In this document: positions 12,301 to 22,844 of the stretch, piece after piece
Position numbering within the stretch: position 1 is the stretch's first letter
How the letters are laid out: each line of letters opens with the position of its first letter
Assembly (NCBI GenBank): GCA_946965045.2
Contig: OX337235.1
Coordinates: 2,852,001-2,916,000 of the forward strand
Reading direction: 5' to 3'
Length of the DNA: 64,000 nucleotides
DNA from: Epithemia pelagica
Lineage: Eukaryota; Protista; Bacillariophyta
The notes under the pieces: generated by a model
What the model saw: only the letters and a program-made list of their open reading frames with translations
Databases searched by the model: none
Told to the model about the DNA's origin: nothing
Position numbers and translations under genes: made by a program

Positions 12301-13637
12301 CGGAGACTACGAAGGCCGTAGCAAAAGACCATCCGTGTGGCAGAATCAACAAGAGTCAGGCAGTAGTTGTACCCCCCAGGAGACGTGCCGTTCCCGTAAC
12401 CGATGTCCATGCCAACTAAATCCAATTTGCGGGCACGGCGACGCTGGGAGGGTCCACGCCGGCGTTGGTCGACGGTGACAAAGTCACCGGCGGTGGCGGT
12501 GGGTTCCTGGGCCAAAGTAACCGAGATGCCACTTCCAACATCGCCAAGAAGCGTATATTCCTTGAGATTACGATTGCCAAAAAGTCGGTGAAGGGCAAAG
12601 GGAGTGTACCGGCGAGTTGCCCGACTACCCGTGTCAGCAGTATAACATGAAGGGAGAACGGGTTCTGCGGGGACCTCCTCAGGGGACTCGTCTGGATCCC
12701 CCTCAGCAGGGGAGGACGAGGGTTGAGAATGTGTCATGGATCTGGTCTGCATGCGACGAAGGACACAATGCATATTACCGTAACGGACACTGCCATGATC
12801 ATCACTATATTCGGGAGGGCCAGTCGAGTCTGGACAAGCGGTAGCCGACAACAATGCATCCTCGGTATCATCCACGTGGAGGACAAAGGATGGGAAAGTC
12901 AAGTACATACCGTCATCGTCGGCGATGAAACTGCAACCAGCGCCCCGACGGCGGTGCACCCGAATGGACAACAAATGGACGTCAAGGGTAGTCACGTGCA
13001 GACAGTCTGCCAAGCGGACAGTATGGCCCCCAAGACAAACGTTGACGGTGCCACACCCGACAATGGGCACCCGACTGCCATCGCCCATTTCAACATACTG
13101 ATCGACCAACGGGACGTAAGTCGCATCATCGAACAGGTGGCGGTCCCAAAACATGTCGGCGGTAGCGCCAGAGTCGGGACACACCAGGGGACGCGAGTGG
13201 ACAGTGGTTGGGTTCCAGCTACGACGACAAGTAGGAGTCGGGGAAAGTTCAGTGTCTACATCATCATGTGTTACTAGCTCTCCTCCAGGTAAGGGTGGTT
13301 CTCTCATATGTAGGTATGCAGGGACGTCGTCGTCGGTAGGATCACCCGTGGTAAAACACGAGGAGTATGACCATGTATCGTAGTCATCACAAGCGACGTC
13401 GTCAGTTGGAGGCTGCACAATAGAGAGACGGTGAGGAGGAGGAGAGCCAGCCTTGTCGGACACGGCAGGAGAACGACACTTACTGGCGGACGTAGGGCTG
13501 GGACTGTCTTGAGGAGGTGTTTCGGACACACGGCGAGCCGCGGAGGAAGTAGGAGGGGAGGACGGAAACGACGAAGGAGCCCCCCCCAGCGGACGACCCG
13601 GAAGCACCGGCATCGGCACGACGACCACGACCACCAC
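9381..13637 (-). CDS. pol: Copia pol (protease, integrase, reverse transcriptase, RNase H)
   Basis: PR CPDSGATADM; IN VGMDIG / QCDFDS / NGLVER; RT RAKSRIVVLGN, QGDCKNAF, YVDDFI; RH YTDSNWG, CEAEIK, NDNKG, NPADLLTK. Confidence 0.95.
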   Translation of the reverse strand: MVVVVVVPMPVLPGRPLGGAPSSFPSSPPTSSAARRVSETPPQDSPSPTSASKCRSPAVSDKAGSPPPHRLSIVQPPTDDVACDDYDTWSYSSCFTTGDPTDDDVPAYLHMREPPLPGGELVTHDDVDTELSPTPTCRRSWNPTTVHSRPLVCPDSGATADMFWDRHLFDDATYVPLVDQYVEMGDGSRVPIVGCGTVNVCLGGHTVRLADCLHVTTLDVHLLSIRVHRRRGAGCSFIADDDGMYLTFPSFVLHVDDTEDALLSATACPDSTGPPEYSDDHGSVRYGNMHCVLRRMQTRSMTHSQPSSSPAEGDPDESPEEVPAEPVLPSCYTADTGSRATRRYTPFALHRLFGNRNLKEYTLLGDVGSGISVTLAQEPTATAGDFVTVDQRRRGPSQRRRARKLDLVGMDIGYGNGTSPGGYNYCLTLVDSATRMVFCYGLRSLRGADLQDALWRFVVDAGGIPKVIQCDFDSRFLGGGVAQFLRSLRIRVRSAAPRRQSSNGLVERYWRTGVRMARAFLAEAKLPTRFWFWALRTAFHRMNLLPVQSLSSDSTQPSEWTTPLALFYGCRPDYRVLFEFGAIGYFNRPSDGPRSRRTFEAHSFVGIAVGRSDFCNGLVFYNPDLHTFSVSSDYTLDVDRGVSDAFPSLVYDGGLQLSLLDHTESKVLHPPGSSVYWCPVGATDRQSGVVLQVPTSQTPSYSIRTDDQTTVEVAPDRIWGVLPFKGDHPSLDSPSSEDNVPQELTVDHPLRPTWIRDDEAVTFYSDVHGFLHGRLRQDRDGCWEFVGSSKLPNNQRPIIPIPDLLQTYLERLKEGILQVGWAANPSRPQLVGRFVSAANLISKTAPSCLLHLPRLQPTDQIIWGDSYSEEHGNLKTMDVFDVISGEEYQRYKAQGFKAIPTMNIFTVKPDELGNPYRAKSRIVVLGNLEERIWSNSERYAPVLQSTSCRLLISLAVQHGKIAKQGDCKNAFCQPELPEDEVVICEPPRGCPISEPGTYWKLKKTLYGLRRSPRHWYDKFIAVLVNDLGFQQCANDPCVLVGRPFPDEDPVYVGVYVDDFIYFSASTKSETWFEESLGKLLTVDFMGAVTYFLGCRYQWFKTANDGIGVHISQPGFVERLLEKSNMHECNAVKTPYRSGLPIDRLPTPTTKADPNSDLVKQYRSLIGGLTWLTISTRPDIAVAHKLLSRHMSNPSPEHMEAGKHVLRYIRGTSDRGLCFVERPEDDKLHGFVAWPHNVTPPPHGLTSDYTDSNWGPQDASRPLPEEQETRTVTDDECKSVQGAMMMRTSGPIWWKVEREERCSRSSCEAEIKSVDLIAKEGQHLTYLMEEMDLPDIHQAIPVFNDNKGTVDWSGTGAITKRLRHLNMRQVAVRDAIQAGEISVHHIPGKTNPADLLTKEHRDDSHFTLLRDLVVPLIPN

Positions 13638-16600
13638 TGTTGGGAAAGGACGAAGGTTTACCTTCGGGGTTCAAAACGCGATCTTTTTCATAATCGTATT
13701 GGATCGTGAAACCGCATTCCTTCAGGATAGGACACTTGGCCGTAGAATGAATGCCCGGCGACTGCTTGCGATTTCCTTTCCGATAAATTTTACACAAGAG
13801 ACACTTGAACTCCTTGTGATTCTGGCGGGCATCATCCGGACTCAAAGTAGCACCAACAGGAGTGAAACCATCAGGAGCAGCCTCCTGGACGCGACGACCC
13901 TTGGCACGGCCACTACCGCTCACTTTACCCTCCACGACTTCCATGGTCGAGTGGCTTTTGTAGCACTGCTCGCGGAATTCTTGGTGCAACATCATAAACA
14001 AGTCCTGGGTAGAAATAGTCTCCAAATCAATGCGTCCACATTCCCTCCGATTGCGGGGGTACCTCCCGTCTGCTGTCCATACGGTTATTGCCAAATTTTC
14101 CTAAAAAATGTAAAAATTACTTCTGTCAAATTTCCTTTGATTTAGCAAATTATTATAACGTCCAAGCCAACTGTAATAACTGGCTTGGCCATATTGTGTA
14201 GCCGCTTGCGCTCATGCAAACCGTGATTGACGAGACATGTGCACAGAGAAATCTACGAGCCCATTTTGTACTCTATAGTCTATACTGTTTCAGAAGCGAG
14301 TACTCTTTACGCAGTAGTGGATCAAGCTTCACGGAATCATCACGCACACACACCAAACCATGAAATACACACACATCATGGATCATGGTGCAATGCACCT
14401 CTAGGAGTATCAACACAAGCTCCTGGCACTTTGTCTATGGGAAAGATAAAAAGAATAGTCCACTACTAGTTTAGGCTGCCTCCTTCCTGAGCTTATACAC
14501 CCCATGATGATGCTGTCAAAACTTCGCCTCATCATTGCAGTGGTTGATTGTTCTTTGCAGTGGTTGATTGTCATGTTTCATGTTGTCATCCTTCCTTTGA
14601 TGCATTCCGCCTTCACTTGTGATCTAGGTGGATGGTTTTGACCATAAAGTTGTCACTGTGGTCGTTCGTACGGCTGGATTGGTTTTTGGTGTGCTCATGG
14701 TCGTCTTTTGTGGTGTTGCTCGAAAAGTGAGACGATTCCTGGCCCTTTTGTGCCAGAAATACAAGGCGTGACCGGCGCGTCGATTTCGAACGATCGAAGG
14801 GAGGCTGGCGATATTACCCGGCTGGCGCTTTGGGAAAAAATACGGGACAATTTTTTTCCTTTCGGATGACGGACGAACAAAGGTACCCCCCCAAACGCAC
14901 CCCTTCTTCGATGGTACCCATAGCGTGCCCGTAGGGCCCCTTGATGACCAAGTAGTACAGGTGAGTGCGAAACTGAAAGTCCGACATGGTATAGGAATGG
15001 GTACTCAATCGGTGGCGCGCTTCCTTGGCACGACGGTAGAATGTCGTGAGATCTTCCTTGTTCTGGTGACTGAGCCGACTCCACGTGTCGAAGTCATGAA
15101 GAAACGAGCTGGACGTGGTGGGATAGGCTATGGCCCGTAAGGACTCAAGCAACTTAATGCCATTTCCATAGTCGTCTGTCGCACGCAATTCCGAAAGTAC
15201 CCCGAGCGCCACAGGGTTGCGATGGACCTGGATGGACACCACGAGGTGATAATGGAGGTGACTGGAGACTTGTCGATCGTGATCATCATCCGGTGTATCC
15301 GTGTGGGAGGTAATGACGCTGCCATCGCTGAGCAACCAGTGTCCCATATGCACAATATTACGCACGGCCTCATAAAAGACATCGAACAATTCACCAGTAA
15401 AAGCGGTTGCAGGGTACTCCGGGAACCCCTTTTGTTCCCGTCGAAGTTTCCCATCACTCGTCTCGGTCCCACGAGGAACGGAGGAAGAAGTGAGATGTCC
15501 CCCCGACTCAGGACGAGAGGGGACAGGGGACGAGTAGGACTCTTCAAGACGACGAACCACCTCGGCCACAGTATCGGCCGGAAGAGAGGTCGAACGGAGA
15601 GAGGATTCCACATGGGCCGGGAGGGAAGAAGGAGCGGTGCGAGCAACCGGCCCACGCACAAAGGGAACCGACGGCGGAGGGGGAAACGGACCAGCTGGAG
15701 AAGGACGGTGGGAAGGATCCCAGCCGAGGTAACGAACGGCGGCAGCATAGGTGCTGGCACTCGCAAACTCCGCACCCTGACCAGTATGAGGCTTGAAATC
15801 AATGGTGCGAACCCAAGCGGCAGCCCACGACGTAAAAATCCCAGGATTCCAACCGGTTTTGACGACGTAGAACCGTTTCTGGGACTGCTGAAGACTACGG
15901 TCGGGACCGATATAACCACGGAGGTACGGGTGACCGACTCCCTCATAAGAATCTTGAACAATCACCGCTTGAGGAGGTGTGGAAGAACTGGTCTGAGCGT
16001 AAACAAGAAGATCCGAGGCGCCCAAGGTCAATCCGGGAGGAAGAGGACAGGAAGAAGAGGGACTGGCAAAACTGACATCCGGAACAGATTCAACACTGGG
16101 ATCGGATACATAGGACGTGGTCAAAGGTGACTCAGCAGCGGAGAACTCGGCCCGCGGTGCAATGATGTGGGGTGGAGTCATTGCCTCCTTAAGGGTCCCA
16201 TCCGACATATCATAGGCGGCATCTTCGGCGGCTTCAAGGGTGTCAAGGGTGTAGGAACTACGAGCAATGGATTGATCACCGCCAGCGAGAATAACAGCAC
16301 GCGTGTACGGACTGTAGGCACTGAGTGGATCCTCGTCATCGGCAATAGGTGAAGGTGCTTGATAGGAAGATGGAGAGGGTCCACTGGGTGCTGGATCAGG
16401 ACGTACTCGAAGGTGAGAACTGACAGTGGAAACCGTTTCGACGGTGACTGGCTGGACATTGGCTAATTCCGCTTGTAAGGGGACAATGTTTCGATCCACT
16501 ACTGATGTGCGTACATCCGACGATTGAGTACTGGCAGGTAAGACGGGGCCCTGCCATCCATGAAGAATACGTTGGAATGGAGTCCGTCGAAGAAGATTGG

Positions 16601-16673
16601 CGAATGAAGTTGTGTGACCTGGGGGATCCTCATTAGATCGACCCGAGGTTGTCATGATGAGGGTATCACCCAC
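13580..16673 (-). pseudogene. gag: Copia gag with RNase H1 N-terminal-like domain and Cys/His knuckle, split by an 824-bp insertion
   Basis: ORF 14814-16673 and ORF 13480-14094 become one frame when 824 bp are removed (...VRLGG|YPRNRRECGRIDLE...). Knuckle CLLC...H...C. Confidence 0.85.
14059..14886. mobile_element. Non-autonomous insertion (824 bp including one target copy) at a duplicated palindromic GTAC/GGTACC site
   Basis: GGTACC at 14058-14063 and 14882-14887; the reconstructed empty site restores the gag frame. Non-coding; only weak terminal inverted similarity. Confidence 0.85.
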
Positions 16674-16715
16674 ACCAGGAACGTTGCCTGCCGAAAGGGA
16701 AGCAATCCGACAGTT

Positions 16716-16728
16716 GGGCTCAATAACC
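16716..16728 (-). promoter_or_regulatory. Primer binding site, half-molecule tRNAiMet type
   Basis: Minus strand GGTTATTGAGCCC immediately after the 5' LTR; the complement of the tRNAiMet anticodon arm is GGTTATGAGCCC, so there is one extra T here. Confidence 0.75.
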
Positions 16729-16890
16729 TGTTGGAGTTTGGAGCAGACAACGTGATTCTATCGATAAAGGAAAATTATAAGTTATCGAGTTTGTCGTACA
16801 ACGTCTGCCCACGTGACTGTTTTCCCAGCCGTGGACTTTGTCATTGTGTCACGAGTTGCTCCGCGCCGGGCGACTTCCGCTTTCTCAACA
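16729..16890 (-). repeat. 5' LTR of copia 1
   Basis: TGTTG...CAACA termini, 162 bp. Confidence 0.95.
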
Positions 16891-18154
16891 TCTCTATCAA
16901 AAGGTTCAGAAGAGGGCTGCGAAGCTGAAAGCCATAAGAGGCAAAATCTTGCTTTGTTAATGAATACGGAGGTGAGTATCTATAGTTATTAGAGACCGAC
17001 ATGAGTTCAGCCTCATCCCAGCGCTCGAATGGGGATAGGCTACTACGTTGTGGTCTGTGTCACGAAAATTGACTGCCGCAGTGAAACACAGAAATGAACC
17101 ATGGAAGGGAACAAACCTTACCAAACGAGGATTCCATGTCCAACCTGCAACTTAAATCTTCTATAAGAACCTCCCATGGAGGAACGTGGCTTGTGCAGAA
17201 TAGGTTGATTTGGGTCGTATGATATCAAATTTTTATGTGAACTGGGGAATACCATGTAACTTGTAGAGTATCCAGTTGACATTCAAACAAAGAATCTCTG
17301 CTCACTCTCTGTCTGTCGCAGGCCATGTACAGGTTCGACCGCTCAACAAGGCGCCACACCAGCAGCTCTTGGTATTGCCGGGTGGAACGGCAATGGACAG
17401 TAACAAGAAATCTTGTCCCGACTCTTTCAGCTTCATCAAAGTCCATCATCATCATGGCCTTCATCATTCTTATTCCCTTCCTCATTATACAGACATTCGA
17501 AGCTCGAACATTCCCGTCGACAAACCTCCCAGAATGGAGTCGATGATCGGAGAGCGCAAGATGGCTGTGCGAACATGGACATAGTCCAGGATTCATCTTC
17601 TGCTGTCATGGACCTTTTTTTTCAACCAGGACAGACCCGAGTCTCAGTGTAGGTGGAGGCGTATCCCTCGGAAGGACGCCAAGCATCCCTTCCAAGGAGG
17701 TATTTGTCCTGACAAGTTTCTGTTTGAAAGAAAACATTGACGCCATATCGTGTGTTCTATGTCAAACTTGGTTGCGGGGAACTTGTGTGTGCAGTCCGGG
17801 AGGCAATTACCTTCAATATAGCAGGACACACAGAACCGGGCAAATAGCGTTGCTACCCGACCCACCACGACATCCGGCGGGGCTCGCAGATCAAGACTCA
17901 TGGACACCACCAACTGGGACACACACGTATCCCTATGAAACATCTTTATTGCCGTCAATCACAGCGAGAGACAATACATTTCATTGTCCGACACTGTTAC
18001 TGTTTTGGTGTGACCCACAACTTTGGGACTGTCCTGTCATCTTCACCAACTGACCCACTGCTTCGTTTGTTCTCCCGGATCGATAAGAAATGGGAACGAT
18101 ACACAATCGACGCATTCGTTGGACCTGCTCGCTCACCCCGCTGCCCTTGGCGTT

Positions 18155-19696
18155 AAGTCCTTCGTTGAAGGCAAGACCGACGACATTCCAAAGATTCGCC
18201 ATTAAATCCCCTCCATTTTGGTGAGGCGGCCAGACAAATCCCCAACCCTATCCTTTTTTCAGTGTCGCCCGCCACTGCTCCAGGTAGCTCTAAGTATCTC
18301 TAATTGCCAACACCGTTACATCAAGGTCGGCTTGCGTCCAGCTTCCTCGGATTTGGTTTCTTGTTTAGGACGAATCCTCACAAAATTGGGCAACCCTCTC
18401 GTTCGCGTCTCTCACAAAACCCAAAACCGAGGCACATGACATGAGGTATGAACCATGGACGAATCATGCTGGGCTGAATCGCTTCTAACTTCTCACTACT
18501 GCTGCTTAGTTCTAATCTTCTTGTCTCCTTTTCTTTCTTCTTACTCATCACTGCTGCAATCTTTCCTTTCGTTCATGCATAATCCTTTGGTTTTGTCTCA
18601 TGTTGTACGCGTAGACTAGTAGGTATAAGCTGCTTGTGGTCAGGTGGAATATCTATCCCTTTCCCTTGTTGCAATTCTTTTGTTGTTTGATTGTTGGCTG
18701 GTTGGTTACTTTTATGTCTTCTGTAGGATAGATCATTCTCAATCATTTCTCAACGACCAAACATGTTGTTGTTTTTGCTTCCACACCCTACTTTCCAATT
18801 ATCAGCACCTAGATCTAGAGTCATACAGCGAATGATTCAATTCGTAGCTGTAGATGAGTGTAAGAGCTGCTCTGTCGTGTGTTCATGGTGGAACTGAGGG
18901 TCATTGACGTGCTCAAAACAGAAAACAGATGTACAACACGAATACAGAAGGCACTTAACTCTATAGATGGCTAGCACATGAGTTCTATTTCTAGTGAATA
19001 AAGAAAAGAAGGTTTATAGTCTGTGGATGAATGCAATGAAAGTTATGGACTCATTTCGACAGAAATGAACAATGGCAAGTAATTAGCTGCTGAGCCAGAG
19101 ACACAGCAGATGAGCAGACGCTCGTCCAATGAGCAGAGCAAGCAAAAGAGACAAGTGTGAGTGAGCATGAGCAATGTAATTGTCATGGCAATCCGCAATG
19201 GATCAAGCTCACCTGGAATGCCATTAATCCGATGTGCTTTGGCAAGAGAAAAGGATTGTGTGCTTGTTGCTTGTCCGACATTATGAAACAACCAACCGTC
19301 ATCCACGCAGGGCCGCTTGCAGGCAGTTGGAGAGCTGGCAAAGCCACCCATTTGAGAGCAAGCTCTTCCAAGCACGTGTCCAGGACAAGCGACCGAATTT
19401 GGTCTGGCCGCCTCACCAAAATGGAGGGGATTTAATGGCGAATGGAGAGACCTCGTGACATTATTATTTGTGTTTCGTCGGGGTATCTTTTCGCCACACA
19501 CTTCATAACAAAACACCGCCGGGGAAACCGTAGATGAGTCTTGCATCGTTGCCATGATCAACAGGCTGCTCCGTTTGCTCCATATAAGCAAAGTGTGCAG
19601 CAGTCGCACAAAGAGGAGACAGATGGACCTAGATATCATAATTTCCAAAAGGACAGTTTTACCACTCGTATGTACGAGTGCATATGACTTTGCTGA
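18155..19696 (+). repeat. Permuted fragments of the copia 2 LTR (3' part followed by 5' part), interrupted by a TIR element
   Basis: 18155-18193 = 27215-27253; 19443-19584 = 27259-27400 (2 mismatches); 19585-19696 = 27062-27173 (4 mismatches). Confidence 0.85.
18194..19443. mobile_element. 1.25-kb non-autonomous element with ~45-bp terminal inverted repeats
   Basis: ATTCGCCATTAAATCCCCTCCATTTTGGTGAGGCGGCCAGAC at the left end and its reverse complement ending at 19443; the uninterrupted site is visible at 27241-27270. Confidence 0.75.
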
Positions 19697-21386
19697 GTTT
19701 ATCAGACCCACAGCTCCAAGAGATGAGCCAATGGCTGCCCAAACTGCCTATATGAGCCATGTGTGCTTAAAAGGAGTCCCCAGGAAGAACCTTGGGACTA
19801 GCGTAATACATATATGTAAACCATGGTTGATAGCCATAGCCGATTACAGGACGAACCTGTGGAACGATGGCAAGCAATGGAGACCATGCATGGATGGGAA
19901 CCACCACGTTCATTGATTTTCACGTCTTCTCCACGTGACCATCTATATACATCGATGCATAACATCCTTGTGTATGACGGGCAACATGTCGACATTGTCC
20001 ATCCTGATCCACCAGGAAAATCATCTTTCATGCTGAAAGGACCAAGGCGTCTCCGTGCCTCACCCGGCCGTGCACGCTAGTCGCTCTGCGACTCATATTA
20101 CTCTTGAAAATTGTCACGGCCATGACTATCGATCCCATGCATGCGACATGGAATAATTATGCCCACACATACGCGGCCAGAGTGCCAAGAGTCATTCTCA
20201 CGCATGTTGCAGGCCGAGATCATGAGATCTTGTCATGACCTCTCTTTCCCATTCACACACCGTGTGCAACCTGTTGGCTTCCCCATTGGGGTCACACAGG
20301 AACGTCTCACTGGTTACCTTCTCACACCTAGTGTTACAATTCTTTCTGAATCGTAGGGACATCAATGCTCGTTAGAGCAGACAATCAGGTAGTCACCAAC
20401 CGATACAAACCTCTCCACGGGTAAGAGAGGAAAGCAAGTCGTAGTCTATCAAAAAGATAGTCGGGACACAAAAGAGGATGTGATAAATGGTGATAGTGTT
20501 AGATTGTGTGTTGATTACTACGATAGGTCTACGTGAAATGTTCGGTCCTGCCAAGGGTCATGTGTCATAGGTTCTTGGCGGCAACAGGTTTGGAATAGTT
20601 GGAGTCGATTCATGTGATGTATATGACATGTATATGTGGACGGATAACATATACAGGGTCAACAGCTCTTGCTTTGGATTGGCATAGTTGTTTTCATGGC
20701 GCGCAGCTTGTTGACAATTTGGAGATTGTGGGAATGAAAATATGGTCTCGCGTGATCGTGTGTCGTGCTTGGGATACTTAGACCGTTGGGTGGGATAGAT
20801 GCCGACGGCGCTCGGATGTCACTTGGGCGCGCTCGATGATTTCGGGCGCGTACGCTTAGGGCGTTAGTATAATGTCCGAGCAACGGCCAAATTTACGTCC
20901 GTTGTAATACCGCACGACCCAGTTTAGTCTTGAGAGTGAGTTCGTCAATCTATTCTCACTTTTCATGATTTGCGAAGAAATATAGGTCGATATAGCGCAA
21001 AGCTAGGGAACATAGCTCGAAGCTAGATGGCATGATGCGATAGCACAAGGCTATGTGGCATGGGGAATCGATGAGATGTAGAATCTAACCACCATAGACG
21101 GTGAGAATTCTAACACCTAGGGCTCATGCGTAGTCCTAATATGACCTTTTGCTTCTCAAGTGAGATGTCTTTGGCCGGTCATCTACGACTAGCTCATTGA
21201 AGAATGTCCAAAACCTATCTTGGGCATCCTTCAATGGGGGGACAAGTGTCACCTAGTCGTTGTCTTAACTTTTAACTTTCACCACTTGCATCGTCACGAG
21301 ACGATTTGCTGATCTCACAACTCGATTTGACACTTGAATCGAATTCCTGTTCCCAGTTCTCCAAGTTCCAACACCCATTCGAAACC

Positions 21387-22844
21387 ATGGCTGCTGCTGC
21401 TGTTGCTATGCGTGCTGCGTTCACGCGTATTGGCTTCTCTGTCCCTGCTGCGACGTATTTAACTGATCAGCAAGGCCTGACAACCGTGTCCCAACTCGTT
21501 GACCTCCGTGACGAGGCTGTCTCCAACCTGTGTAAGGCAGTCCGTCGCCCAGGTGGTGTCGTGGCTGGTGGTGGCGTCAACCCTGGACAGCCCGTATCCA
21601 TTCTGGCTGAAGAAAATCTCAAGTTGACTTGTTATTTTGCGCGTCACCGCATCCGTGTCTCACGCGACACTGTCCCGAACGACATCACCATGGTCAACAT
21701 CACAGCCATGCGCGAGCTCCGTGACTTCGAGACAAGCCATGAGGATCCCGAAGTCCCCGAAGTTGACGAGCACGATTGGCCAAAGACGATTGATGCCATC
21801 CGAGAACATCTCGCCAACTGTTATGGCACCACGGGGATTCCGTTGGCCTATGTCATCCGAGAGAACGTTAACCCTCCTGCCGCTGATCCGCCGGGAGGAT
21901 ACGACACGGAGGAAGAAGAAATGATCGCGAGGGCTCCTCACCGAGTCAATGTCGCTGCGAATGCCGCTTTTACGGCCCAGTACAAGATCGACCGTGGATT
22001 GGTGTATGAGAAACTCAAGCTCATGACCCAAAAGCTTGATTGTTGGACATACGTGAAGCAAGGAAAGCGTGGCAAGGATGGAAGAGCTGCATTCTTTGCA
22101 CTCTTCAACCACTATCTTGGACCCAATAACGTCGACAGCCTTGCCCATGCCGCGGAAAGGAAGCTCCAGACAACGACGTATGACGGTGAACGCAAACGAT
22201 GGAATTTCGAGAAATACGTCAAAGTGCATGTGGATCAACATGCGATCCTTGAGCAACTACAGTCAGACGGTGACCACAACGGAATCGATGCGCGATCCAA
22301 GGTGCGCCATCTCATGGACAGGATCAAGACTGACAGTCTGAATGCCGTCAAGACTAGAATTATGTCTGACCCTGGCTTGCGCAATGATTTCGAGCGTTGC
22401 GTCACGCTTTACAAGGACTTTATCGCTCAGACCAAGGCGAACTCCACGCGAGGGACTAACATGAACGCGGCTTCCATTACCAGCCAATCCAAGGCGCCGG
22501 GTGGGAGTCACAACAAGAGTGGTGGAAAAGGTGCATCTTCTGGCGGAACGCATGTTGAGGATCGTTATTATAAAAGTGACGAATACAAGAAGTTGACTCA
22601 ACAACAGAAGAAGAAGTTGAAGGAAATGTGCGAAAGTCGGAACAAACGCAAGCGCAACAATGGTGGAGATAACAATGACAAGAAAGCCCGCAAGGTTGCG
22701 GCTGCTGCCACTAACCCGACCGACAGTGGAACGGATAGTGAATCGTCTGAGGACGAACAGATGGATATGAAATCCAAGGATGGCTCTAAGAAGTCGGGCA
22801 ATCGAAACCATCCCGCTCTTACTCGCCAATCCAAACAGGGATGA
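21387..22844 (+). CDS. gag: Copia 2 gag
   Basis: GIPLAYVIRE...YDTEEEEMIARAP...DGRAAFFALFNHYLG...YDGERKRWNFEKY...H, typical of diatom CoDi gag. Confidence 0.85.
   Translation: MAAAAVAMRAAFTRIGFSVPAATYLTDQQGLTTVSQLVDLRDEAVSNLCKAVRRPGGVVAGGGVNPGQPVSILAEENLKLTCYFARHRIRVSRDTVPNDITMVNITAMRELRDFETSHEDPEVPEVDEHDWPKTIDAIREHLANCYGTTGIPLAYVIRENVNPPAADPPGGYDTEEEEMIARAPHRVNVAANAAFTAQYKIDRGLVYEKLKLMTQKLDCWTYVKQGKRGKDGRAAFFALFNHYLGPNNVDSLAHAAERKLQTTTYDGERKRWNFEKYVKVHVDQHAILEQLQSDGDHNGIDARSKVRHLMDRIKTDSLNAVKTRIMSDPGLRNDFERCVTLYKDFIAQTKANSTRGTNMNAASITSQSKAPGGSHNKSGGKGASSGGTHVEDRYYKSDEYKKLTQQQKKKLKEMCESRNKRKRNNGGDNNDKKARKVAAAATNPTDSGTDSESSEDEQMDMKSKDGSKKSGNRNHPALTRQSKQG

Larger units (their letters stand above)
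9214..16890 (-). mobile_element. Ty1/copia LTR retrotransposon (diatom CoDi-like), both LTRs present, gag interrupted
   Basis: Two 162-bp direct repeats (9214-9375, 16729-16890) with 2 differences; PBS and PPT; domain order gag-PR-IN-RT-RH. Confidence 0.95.

Noticed and set aside
16891-18154. Short Cys-containing ORFs suggesting a decayed transposase or Helitron
   Set aside because: No diagnostic motif could be recognised in any frame.
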